Assembly: GCA_001643675.2 (NCBI GenBank)
Contig: LSRY02000040.1
Location: 806,001-870,000 of the forward strand
DNA from: Monocercomonoides exilis PA203
Taxonomy: Eukaryota > Protista > Preaxostyla
Reading direction: 5' to 3'
Length of the DNA stretch: 64,000 nucleotides
Translations under genes and position numbers: made by a program
Notes under the pieces: model-generated
The model's database searches: none
What the model was told of the DNA's origin: nothing
Seen by the model: only the letters and a program-made list of their open reading frames with translations
Part shown: in pieces, positions 14,229 to 25,800 of the stretch
How positions within the stretch are numbered: position 1 is the stretch's first letter
Layout: each line of letters opens with the position of its first letter

Positions 14229-15444
14229 CAACGGAATAGGAAGTTCGTCGATAAATGTGTTTGCGATGTCTTTTTGAGTCGAAATATTTTTGCTGGCTGA
14301 AATAACTGCAAATCCCAAGTCTGATGGAGAGCGTCCAATAAAATCATTCGTATTTGTGCTGGCGCTGCCACTGATGCCAATAACTGCCTTTGAGATGAAA
14401 AAACAAAATTCTGCTGCATCCCCTCGTCTCCCGCTGCACCGCTCACAATATCCGTTTTCATTGCTCCCATCGCCTCCCCCGCCGTTTTGGCCCACCCAGG
14501 AACCCGGGTCTTAAAAAAATTCTTCTGCTGAGAAACATTCCCAGCTGCGCCCTGTTGAGAAATAAAATACGGAAAAAAGAGACATGCAGAAGGTGTAACA
14601 CGCGAATGATTCCCTCGAGAGGCATACAAAATGGCACACATTCACCAGTTTGGAAAAAAAGATAACATAGCGAAAAGAAACAACACCACCCACTGACACC
14701 AGACTGCCTCACAATCCCACTCATACGGCCAATTCACAAGATTTTGCTGGTATAGCGCATTGAAAGAGGCATCACAAACATGTTCCATGTATAGGCGCAG
14801 CCATCTGGTAGATAAATCGCTGCCCCATTTCCCAGACACCCCAGAGGCTCAGCAGCCGATCCACATCAAAAATTGAGTAGCATCCCTCAGAGAGTCCAGT
14901 GCATTATGTCTGCTCCACGTTACAAATTCTTTTTCTACACGTTTTTCGTTTTTCATTTCAAATAACACATGTGCGCAATTCATTCATTGAACTTTTCCTG
15001 TTCTCTTTTTTAAACGAAAAAATATTTCAAAAATTGAGAAATGTAAATTTTTCATAGACAAAGCAAAACACGTGAACAATGCCATAATAGAGTTTTCCGT
15101 AAACTTCCAGCAAAATGCAGAATATGAAAAACTTGAGATGAATAAGATGGGTTCTGATTGGATTAGAACAAAAAAAGATGAAGAAATGAAAAAAGAAATA
15201 AATGAAGTGAATTTCAAATTCGAGAAAACAGACTTTGAAAGTTATCCAAAAAAAGACTAGACAATTGTTGAAAAAGTTTTTTTAATTGACTGTCATCCGT
15301 CCCAACGTCGCATCTTTCAAATAATTGTTTTCCTTCACCTTCCATCTTTTCTTGCAAAATTCCAATTTCGCCACACCCACTCTCTCATTGCAAACAATTT
15401 ATTTCTTTCAAAGACAGCAATTATATCTATCTTTCATATTAATT

Positions 15445-15702
15445 GGGTGATTATTTTTGAAATCATATTTTTTCATTCAAAAATTTCGGTGCGAAATTAT
15501 TTCTTGAATATCAGTAAAAAAAATTGAAAAGTGATAAGGCTTCATATAATCATTTTAATCTTTGATTGAACTAAAATGTTTGCATATAAAAACAATTATT
15601 ACGCTTTTTTTTCTTTTTTAAAAAAAAATAACTTTCAAAAAATCAACAATCTTTGAAAAATCAACACCACGAAAAAATGTATGATTTCAAAAATAATCAC
15701 CC
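15445..15702. mobile_element. 258-bp MITE, GGGTGA-TIR family, AATT target duplication
   Basis: TIR GGGTGATTATTTTTGAAATCATA occurs at both ends in inverted orientation. AATT lies at 15441-44 and 15703-06. Confidence 0.8.
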
Positions 15703-16169
15703 AATTCAATGTTTATCACAGAATGAAAAAACAAAAATAATAAATGTTCCAATAATTATAATTTCATTGTCAACTGTTTTTCACAATAAATAAAACATTT
15801 TCCTTTGAAAATAGAGTCTTTCGATAATTTATTAAACGAAATATCCGTTATTTTGCTGAAACTATTGAATAATTCAGACATTAATTTTTATGTAAATAAC
15901 ATCATTGAAAACAATACATGCAAAAAGTCGATAATTCAAACAATAACTATATTATATCTTCTTTGAATATTGCATTGTGAAGTTGTCCTGAACTTTGCTA
16001 AGCCAAAAAATTGTGTTTTCAATTCTTTGTGATCTTCATGAAAATATTATGGGTTGCAAAAATCAAATATTTTTGTTCATTTTCAATGTCGAATTTCGAT
16101 ATTTCCCTCCTTGAATCGCTTTGTTTTATTATGTCGATTAACATCGTTATATTCAAATTTTAAAAAAAA

Positions 16170-17247
16170 ATGCAAACGAAAGTTGTTCAATTTAAACTTA
16201 AGCCATTCATATCGAGAAGAATGGGAAAAAATTGGAGGAGCACGAAGTATTGGGAACGGAGTCGTCCTTGTTTGGAGAAGCAAAGCTACGAAGGAATCAC
16301 TCAAGAAAACAGAAGTATTCAACCCTTTGGAGCATCAGAGTCAAAATGTCCAACAAGTCTTTTCAGAGTTGGTCAAGAAGCAACTTGAAACAAATATCAT
16401 CAAGCTGATTCAGGAGAAGGATGTGAAGCATCCTAACCAAGTGTTTGTTATCAGAAAGAAAGACCGCGGCTGGAGGCAAATTGTGGATTGTCGAAGACTC
16501 AACAATGCAATCAAGACGATTTATTGCAAGCAAGAAGACCACAGAACAGTGGAGAAAATTATACAAGAAAAGGATTATACAGTCACATTGGACTTGAGCC
16601 AAGCTTCCTTTCTTAAAAAAAGTCAGCGAAGAATTATCTCCATCCCTTTCTTTCGTTTTCAAAAGAAAATACTGTGCTTTCCACGGAATTCTTTTCGGAT
16701 GCAAAGACGCGCCTCGAACGTTCACAAAAGTGATAAGAAAAATTCTGAAATACTTGAGGGAGGAATGGAATGTGAGAACTATTGCGTTCCTAGACGATAT
16801 TGTTCTTTTTCATCAATATTGACAGGAACTCAATAAATTGTGGAGAAAATCCTTTCGTTGTTCAACAAATTGGGACTATTGGTCAATCCAGAAAAATGTC
16901 ATTTAATTCCAAGTCAGCAGTTCAAATTTTTGGGATTCCAATGGGATACCAATCGGTTTGTGGTACAGATGGAGGAATCGAAGAAAACCGAGCAGATGAA
17001 AGAGTGCAAAAAATGGAGGAGGATTGCCCAGTACAACAGAGTTGTTTCGATAAAGAAGTTTGCCTTGTTAACAGTGAAACTGAATGTGACCAGATTCGTG
17101 TTTCAAGAAGCCTCCATTATTTTGTCACAACTGTTCAAACTTCTGAACAAAGCTTTGAGTCTGAATGGATGGCAAGGAGAATTCCGCGTGAATGCATCGA
17201 TAACAAATTGTTTCGGGAAGTGGAGCGAAAGGCTGAAAGAGAATTAA
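16170..17247 (+). pseudogene. DIRS reverse transcriptase (frameshifted)
   Basis: VFVIRKKDRGWRQIVDCRRLN, TLDLSQA, IAFLDDI (16781-16801, shifted frame) and NPEKCHLIPSQQFKFLG. Confidence 0.88.
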
Positions 17248-17256
17248 CCAAGGAGA

Positions 17257-17985
17257 TTGAATCCAGAGTTTCGACCAGAAGCTATTCCAACAATTGAAAC
17301 ATCAGGATATGCCATCGGAGCAACAGTGAAAGTTAACAATCAGATGCTGGACTTTTTCAAACCTCTTCCACTATCAATCAAAAACCAAAGTTTAAATCAC
17401 AGAGAGCCATTCGCTTCAAATCAAGCCATCGCGCATTTCTCAAATTCCATTCGAAATCAAGAAATTAGAAATCTGCTTATTCGTTAAGACAACACAACAT
17501 AAGTTCACAATCTGAATCGATGGGGAACTGATCCGAATCTCAAAACCTTTCAGAAAAAATTAAGGAATCAAATCCAAGGGCTGAAAGTTGTTGTGAAAGC
17601 TCAACATATTCCCGGAGAGAGAAACGTCAGAGCAGACAATTTATCGAGATTGGCAAAAGGAGGAGATTACAAAGTCGAACAAGAAGCACTCGAAGAGATC
17701 ACCAATCAGCTTCAGATGCATATCACCTTCTGTGCCTAAACAACAATAGAAAACTCAAAATCAATGAGATGGTGCGGACCAGGAAGCAATTTAAGTCAAT
17801 ACCGGTTACAAATGTCTTGGAGAAACGAGACAGATCTTACGCATCCACCGGTTCCTTTGATTCCAGCAGTGATCCGAAAAGCCACGATAGAGAATGCTCG
17901 AGTTCTTCTTCTTCTCATTCTTGATTGGAAGGGTCAGATATGGGAACCTCTCCCGAACAACAAAAATCACATCTCTTGGACATGA
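17257..17985 (+). pseudogene. DIRS RNase H and downstream Dam-methyltransferase-like domain (degenerate)
   Basis: ETSGYAIGA, LNHRE, DNTT, HIPGERNVRADNLSR and GDY, followed by W.NE...HPPVPLIPAVIRK...DWKGQIW. Confidence 0.75.
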
Positions 17986-18439
17986 AGGAGAACGAAGGAG
18001 ATTATCAAGGAATGTGGATGGATGAAGCAAATGAATGCAACTCTTCATTCAGGAAGACTGAGGACATGCCCACCCAATCCATAACCGAAAAGGGAGAATC
18101 GTGTTGGAATGAGATTTTTGTATCAAGCGACATGTCACGTGAACTGGCCGAAGAGTGCAAAAATTGCGTGGCAAGTCCAACATGGATGGGATTCACTTAT
18201 GTGTTTGCACATTTCAAAGACGGATGGCATCAGCTGAAATTCAAAGAAATCTCTTCAAAAATTACAGATTTCGCAAAAAAGATGCTTAAATGTGTTTGTC
18301 GCCTTGAAAAACAACGGAATGAAAGCTTCTTCATTGAGAATTGTCAGATCTGCCATTTCCTTCCTAACATCAGTATTATACGGAAAATCACTTGGAGAGA
18401 GCACCTTGATCTCAATTCTGTTCTGATCATTCAGGAGAT

Positions 18440-19030
18440 CAGAATGCAGAAAGAAAAAGAGACAAGATGATATGTGGAATCCTCAACAACTCTTCACATA
18501 TATAGAAACGATTGGACAGAACGAAAATTTGTCATTCTCACAGCTAACGAGGAAAACAATTTGTTTGTGTATGATGTTCTCTGCGTGCCGCTTCACAGAA
18601 TTGGAAAGAATCAATCTTTAGGAATCAGAAATAGAAAAGCAATCAATAAACCTGAAAACATCACTGAAAACTGGACTTGAAAGAAGCAACATTGTTACCC
18701 CATTCCTCAGCAAGGAAAGTTTGATATGTCCAGCAACAGCCATAAAAGACATATGGAATCGAGTGAAAATTCACAATCCAAATTCCAATAAACTATTTCT
18801 GAGCTCTTCAACATATGATCCAATGAAGGCTCAAGCAATTAGAAAAGCAGTTAATGAAATGATGAAAGACTGAAGAATTCCTTTTCACTACTGCCCATAC
18901 ACTTTGAAACACATTTCGATATCAGCCTTTGCAATGGAGGGAACTTCAGTTGATCAGGTGGCAAATTTCGCAAGATAATCATCGAGAAGCAACACACAGA
19001 TCAAACATTATTTCAAATCCAACATTTCAA
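18440..19030 (+). pseudogene. DIRS tyrosine recombinase (degenerate)
   Basis: RYDDMWNPQ-like start, MMFSACRFTELER (catalytic R), CPATAI, LFLS, PYTLKH, and ANFAR*S.....KHYF with the catalytic Y at 19009-19011. Confidence 0.8.
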
Positions 19031-20296
19031 ATAATATGGCCCAGATTATTTTATCGAATCAGGAGACAGAAGAAAACAATTCAACAGCCATCCACAATTC
19101 CTCCATCATCAACTGCACCAGACGAAAAAGATTCCATTATTCCCATCAATCAACAATCTCGTTTGCCAGAAGGCCATGAAACAGAGAAAGCAAGGGAAGA
19201 GATCTCACAACCAGACAGTATAGAAGAACCAGATGATAATGAGTCTCAATCAATCCACGAAAACAATTAAATATCACGAACAATGAAAATAAGATAAACG
19301 AAAATGAAATCATTGAAGAAAAATTCTTCCAGTTTATTATTGGAACAAGATTACAGAGACGAAAGGAAATGATGGAAAGTGAAAATTCGGAAAGAAATCC
19401 ACAATGCCCAATTACAACAAACTCTCAGATCGAAGAGAAGAAAGTGAATTTCATATTTTCTTTTTCAAAAAAAAATATTAATTATTTTTGATGAAAAAAT
19501 TCTTAAAATGGGACAATATTTTTTTCCTTCATGAATTTCGTTCCATTCAGAATTTTCCAATATTTTTCTTTATTATTAAAAATTTCTTGATTTTCATGAA
19601 TTGCAATGGAAGACTAATAAAAATAATATTGCAGAAGAAGTTAGGAACAAATCTCAGTTTCTTTCATGATTGCCAAAATTTCGTTTCATTCGAAAGTTTT
19701 CTATTTCAAAATTTTATTTATAATAATGAAGTTTGCAAAAAACAAACACACATTTTCATCTTCAGCTGATAACATTTCACACAATTCAATAAAAATTTTC
19801 ATTTTAAAAAAGCTGCAAACTTCAGTTTGCGATGATGGATATTTTCCAAAAGAAAAATATGAAATTCAGAGGAACAAAATTATCTTATTGTTTCATTTCT
19901 TCAAACATTTACTAAATAATCTGAAATTTTCAACGATGTTTTTGAACAATATTTTGTGAAAAGATTATGAAACATTTTATGAAAGCTTGCAATGATATTT
20001 TCTTCTTCTTCTTCTTCTTCTTCTGAGTGTTCATGTGAATGTTCTGCTGAGGCAGATTATAAAACATGTGAACAAATGGAACTGAATGAAACAAACAAAA
20101 GAAAGAAAGAAAAAGACAATGAAGGAAAAGACAATGAAGAAAAAGACAATGAAGAAAAAGAAGGAAAAGAAGTTGAAAATGAAAGAGCATCCTGTTTGTC
20201 GCAGAGTGTGGGAAAAGTAAAGGGAAAGGACGAGCGTTTCTCTGGTTCATCGGGAGGAGTTGAAACTCTGATGAGGCTTGCGAGATTTTTTGTTGC

Positions 20297-20423
20297 GATG
20301 GAAGAGATGGAAGAGATGGGGTAGATGGGGGAGATGGGGGAGATGGGGGAGATGGGGTAGATGGGGGAGATGGGGGAGATGGGGGAGATGGGGGAGATGG
20401 AAGAGATGGAAGAGATGGGGGAG
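20297..20423 (+). repeat. 9-bp tandem repeat (GAGATGGGG/GAGATGGAA), ~14 copies, inside a degenerate ORF fragment at 19992..20576
   Basis: Read directly. Encodes EMG/EME repeats; two copies have GAG changed to TAG. Confidence 0.85.
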
Positions 20424-21163
20424 TCGGCAGAGTTGCAGCAGGATGTTTATCTGAAGAGGGACGGGCGCCACGACACAAATCTTGTTGGGGCAGCAGCTGA
20501 GACAATCAAGAGCCTTTGGAGCAGAATTGGTGAGTTTCGTTCGAGTTTAGAGGAATTCAAAAGGATAAATTTATAAACATTGATTGAAAGAAAGATGAAA
20601 GATCTCGTTGTGGTTGTATTTAACGTTTTATTTTATCTTTTTTTCTTATTATAAATTTAAAAAGTGATTTTTCGTTTGCGCGGGTTTTATTTTGATTTAT
20701 TTATTTATTATGAGAAAAATGACCTTCCCTTATTCATTTTTTTCTTAAATATGGACTTATTTTCGACTTGCGGTAATATTCAATTCAATTTGATTTAATT
20801 TTAATTTTTGTTTTAGTTTAATTTGAATTTTAATTATTGTTTTTTGATTTGCTTTTCTTTGCTTTGCTTGCTGTTTGTATTGTTATTTTTCTTTTATATA
20901 ATTTCCATTTACAACAAAACAGGGTCTTTTTATGAAATCTTGTTATTTGGATGAATATTTGAAAAAAAATAAACGAAATTATAATTTGTAACAAGACAGC
21001 TAATTTTAGCATTTTCACAACAACGAATTCACGAAATGAAGTGCCACTTATCTTCAATATCTTCAAAGAATACAAAGATCTGAATTCTGCTTTATTGAAA
21101 TGTGTGAACCAAAAGCACAGTTTGAGGAAAGATATGGGTAATTACTTTTGTAATCAAATATAT

Positions 21164-21421
21164 GTGTGTGTCATTATTTTTGAAATCAAACTTTTTTCGG
21201 TGTATTGATTTTTCAAAGATTGTTTGCCTTTGGGAAGAGATTTTGTATTCAAATGCTAAAATTATCACAACTGTTGCAAAAGAAAATGCATGATCTGAAA
21301 TAAAAATAAAGAGGTCTTGAAAATGCCTGTTCACGTTTAAGTGTTCATTGGTTAATATTCAAAAGAAATTATCGAACCGAAATTCTTGAAAAAACAAATA
21401 TGATTTCAAAAATAATCACAC
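21164..21421. mobile_element. Second 258-bp MITE of the GGGTGA family, diverged and in opposite orientation, ATAT flanks
   Basis: Its ends align with the opposite ends of 15445..15702 (…ATTATTTTTGAAATCA…TTGATTTTTCAAAGATTG; CCGAAATT…ATATGATTTCAAAAATAATCACAC). ATAT lies at 21160-63 and 21422-25. Confidence 0.7.
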
Positions 21422-22870
21422 ATATTTTCTTTTTCAAATAGAATTAAAACATAAATTCCAAATTGAGTCGGAATCAATCCAGAAAGATGAAGGTTTGACG
21501 TGATGTTTTGCAAGCAGTATTTATATTTTCACTCCTCAATGTTTGACAGACATCGTTAAAGAGGAACGGAAAACATCCAAACTTGCAAACTGTTGATTGC
21601 AGCATACGAAATAATTTCCTGTGAATTGTTCAAAAAAGAAGCTGTTCTCTTCATTCTGATTCAACTGATATTTTATTGAATTTCTTTCTTTCCTCCAAAA
21701 TCCCATTTTCCCTTTTATATGCTGAGAAATAACCTTGCTGGAGTGTATCTCATGGAAAAGCCGTCTTCCTCCTTCTATTCCAAATCTCAGTTCAACTGAA
21801 ATGAAAATGGCCTTGAATGCACAAATTTGATAACAACATCAAATCAAATGAATAAATTTCCTTTTGATGATGCACTCTCAATGAACTGAAGAACCTCCAT
21901 CATTTCTGTTGGAGCTGAAATTCATCCTTTTCTTCATGGCACAAGATAATTTGGCAATTAATGCATTGGAGCCTTGATCTTCTGCAATACAACAAGCATG
22001 TTCTCCATTTTCATGAATTTTTCTTTTCTTTTGTTCAGACAATTTGTGATGATTTTCTGAATTTCATTTCTTTTCATCTTTCGCAACCCAATGATCCATT
22101 GACAGATGAGTTCAAAATGCAACAATCCGTAAAACATGTCAAACCATCAAAAATCATCTGTTCTTGTTTTCAAATTCATTCTTCTTCATAAAAAAACAAC
22201 TAAAAACATCTTCCGTTCGCTCATTCAATCAGCCAGATTTCTTTTCCTCTTTGATAAAGTATTTGCTATTTATTCCATTGGTGAAAAAGATGTGATTCAA
22301 ATAGTTAATGATTTTTTTAAATAAGGTGAGAAATTTTTTAAATTTATGAAAAAAATCATGTTTTGTTCCAAACTAATTCTGCACACATATCACAATGTGT
22401 ATAACATTATTATTCAAAAAAAATTTTGCAACGAAATCCATAATAATAATTTATTTTTATATTTGAAAACAAGCGTGATATTTAAAGAAATAACAGAAAA
22501 AGACATGTTAAATGTGTGATTATGATTTTTGCCTTTGTATTTAAATGCGTTGAATGTGAATAGAAGTTTCATAGTATTGTCAATGCTTCGGGCACTGATT
22601 TCAAATGAACGGTAAATATTAACGCATAATTATTGTATCTGCTTTCGGATAACTTATGCATTCAAACGGAAAACTCTATGAGGACATCAAAACAAAAAGA
22701 TTTACGAATACAAAAAATTTTCAGGAAGGATTTTTCAGAAGAAGACATATAATTATCTGTTTGGAAATAATCACCTTTATTCCTTCGTCTTATTGTTTCT
22801 CTTCATCATCTTTAACATTTTCATCATCAAAGCCAACACATCACCCAATTCATTCCTCCGCCCTCTCCAA

Positions 22871-25800
22871 CTACAACACTTTAGCCACTATCATCGTCTG
22901 CGACTTCGCCTTTGTTTCTTCTCTTCTAGCACACTTCTGCGCCCCTGTCACTACTATCTTCTTTCCCTGCCTTCCATCGCTCTCTGAGATATCTGCCTTT
23001 GCTGAGGGCTCTTGTTCTTCACATGCCAGTTCAGCGCAACCATTGGATGTGTTTGTGGAGCATGTCTCGCTTCTTTCAACAGATAAGAAAAACGACAAAA
23101 TAACATAGCTGCTAATGACACTTGGATGTCTCATAGTGTTGAATGGGCTTGTGCTGTTTGCAGTGGCGAAGATATCTTTTCGAAAGAAGAAGAAGGAGAA
23201 GAAGGAGAAGGAAGAGAAGAAGAAGAGGAAGAAGGTGAAGGTGAAGAAGAAGAAGAAGGAGGAGGAGGAGGAGGAGGAGGAGGAACATGAAGATAGAAAT
23301 GTTGAAAAAATTGTGAAGTGATTTTCTGAAGGAAGAGGAAGAAAAGGGTTTTCGAATGAAAAAGGAAAAGAAGAATGAAAAGAAGAAGAAGGAGGAGGAG
23401 AAGAATGGGAAGGAGAAGGGGAAGGGGAAGGGGAAGGAGAATGAGAATGAGAAGGAGAAGAAGAAGATGATGATGATGAATATGCTTGTGTCACTGTGCA
23501 TGTCACAACAGATAAATACACATCCATCCACTTTTCATTCATCTCTCTGTTTAGTGAACACAGCAACTCTCTTGACTTGAGGAGCAGCCAGCCAATCTCA
23601 ATCCGTGTCAAAAACTTCTCCAAAAGCAAAAGATATGACCTCTGCTCAGCGACATCTGGACAAATGGTATAAAAATAGGACAAAGCGAGAGAACAAAGAG
23701 AAGCAAAGTGGCTGGGAGCTTTTGTGGAAGAAAGAAGAACATCACAAAATGACTGCGAAATGATCGAATTAAATGCATCTTCTTGTGAAATTGGTATAGA
23801 TGGAAGCGAAATTGAGGAAAAGGATGAATCTGAAGCAAAAAGAGGTGTCGGCTTCGTTCCTTTCAAAATCATAAGAATAGAACGAGAAGCAGGCGCAGAC
23901 GGAGAAGGGGCATCATACAGACAAGAAATAAGAGAGATCAACAACACCATTGCAGATTCACGTGGAAACGGATGCAGCTCATCCTGACAAGCACTGTTAC
24001 TATCCAAAGGAGCAAGAGAATACAGCGACCTCACTGCATTTGTCCACTTTCCCGACTGTATTGACAGAGAATGGGAAAGAAAGTCCTGGCAGCACTGAGG
24101 GTAATTAGCAAGGAGGAGCAGCCAAGAGCAAACAGGAGACAGAAAGCAGGCAGCGCACAGGAAGGGGAACAGAGGGACGAATTGGATGGCTTTCTTCTGT
24201 TTGGAGGGCAGAAGATCTTGCAGCGATGTGAAGAAGAAGAAGAGCTGCTGGAGCAGAATGGAGAGGTGCTGCTGTTACAGAGAGGCATCTGTTTTGGACA
24301 AATACACTGAGACTGACTTCAGAACAGCAGAAAGGACGCAGAGGAGCGCGCGGAAAAAACACAGACGCAGCTGAGTGTCTTCGCAGCGGAAGAGAAATAC
24401 CTTCGCAATCGACGGCGCACCTGCAATGTCTTCAGATTCCAGCTTGTTCAGCTCCACAGCAGTCATTGCATTCACTGCGGTGGATGCAGTTGAACTCTTA
24501 TGGTTTCACTTTCTGGCAAGGCAGGCATCCCTCTCTTTTGCTTCTCCACTGAGGAACTCAGTTGTGATGTGCTTGATAAGTTTGAACGACAAGTCTGGCG
24601 AGCGGACAAGAATCTGCTCCAACTCCATGTTCAACTGCATAAACACAGCATTGTGCACAGAATGAGAGAACGAATAATGCAAAAAATGCACCCAGAAATT
24701 CATGAAGTCGCGAGAAAATGTCGGATCTGCCTTTGGCACATTCGGCACACGCAAAGTCAGAGAAGCTGAGGCAGATAAGGATGAAGATGATGAGCTTTTG
24801 CCAGCAAGTTTCGTTTCAATCAAAGATGAAACAGATGTTGCAGATGAAGCACCAGTTGAAGATAATCTGGGATTAGTGACTGTTGTTGCTGCTTTTTCCT
24901 CTTCAGCATATTGTTCGCATCCAAACTGCTCAAACAGCCTTCTCACAAACGTAAAGAATGTGTTTGAGAAGTTCTGTCTGTCTCTCACGATGCCCAACTG
25001 TCTCACCAACACTCTTTCATCCACACTGCTCATCCCATCTGAAGACGATTTCATTGGCGAATGCTCTGTCAAGGCAGAATCTGCGAACACATCTTCATTA
25101 AAAGGAGAACGCATCTTCAGCGGAGACGGGTGGGGTTGTGGAGGATGCATTGTAAAAAGAGGAAAAGAGCCAATTGCTTGTGATACAGTTGGAAACAGAT
25201 GACTACACTTTGTCATTTCTTTCAGCTTTGCCTGCGGAATCTGGCTGAGCAGCTGGTGCTGAAGGCTCCAGTCGTCCACCGGCTGCTTCCGCTCGTAGAT
25301 GAGGATGTATGCCGAGTACGGCTTGACCGTATCTGCCTCGCTCAGCAGGCCCAGGCGCTTGTACTTGAGGATCTCGGGATCGATCAGCGCGGTATCGTCC
25401 AGGAAGCTCCCGCCAAAGGCCTCTGCCTTTAGTGTCTCGATGGCAGGAGAAGGGAGCAGCCTAACTGTCGTCGTTGAACTCGTTCAACTGGTGCGGTGCA
25501 TCTTTTTCTCGTGCAAATGAGATGTTGTATCCAGCATTGGCTGTGCCCGAGTGGTTGATGATGCCCTGAAGACGGTATTTGTTGTAGCTCTCCGGACGCA
25601 ACTTGTCTTTGCTTTCGTTGTTATGCAGCACCTGCAGATTCTTCAGATTCTCTTTGCGTCCAATCTTTTCCAACATGATTGCTGTGTCAGCTTTGGATAA
25701 CCGCTTCATACTGCTTCGTTTTTCTTCCCTCACCTGTATCGCCTCCCACGTAAATGGTTCGAGATCCAATTCCTCCTCATTGGGGAACTTAAACTTGTCG

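Larger units (their letters stand above)
16170..19270 (+). mobile_element. Decayed DIRS-like tyrosine-recombinase retrotransposon (RT-RNaseH-MT-YR); gag and termini not seen
   Basis: RT, RNase H, methyltransferase-like and YR motifs occur in DIRS order, broken by frameshifts and stops. Confidence 0.88.

Noticed and set aside
15445-21421. Composite transposon formed by the two MITEs enclosing the DIRS element
   Set aside because: Each MITE has its own matching 4-bp flanks (AATT versus ATAT), indicating independent insertions.
21480-22330. Degenerate minus-strand paralog of the 54968..56452 family
   Set aside because: Only vague compositional resemblance; no motif could be aligned with confidence.
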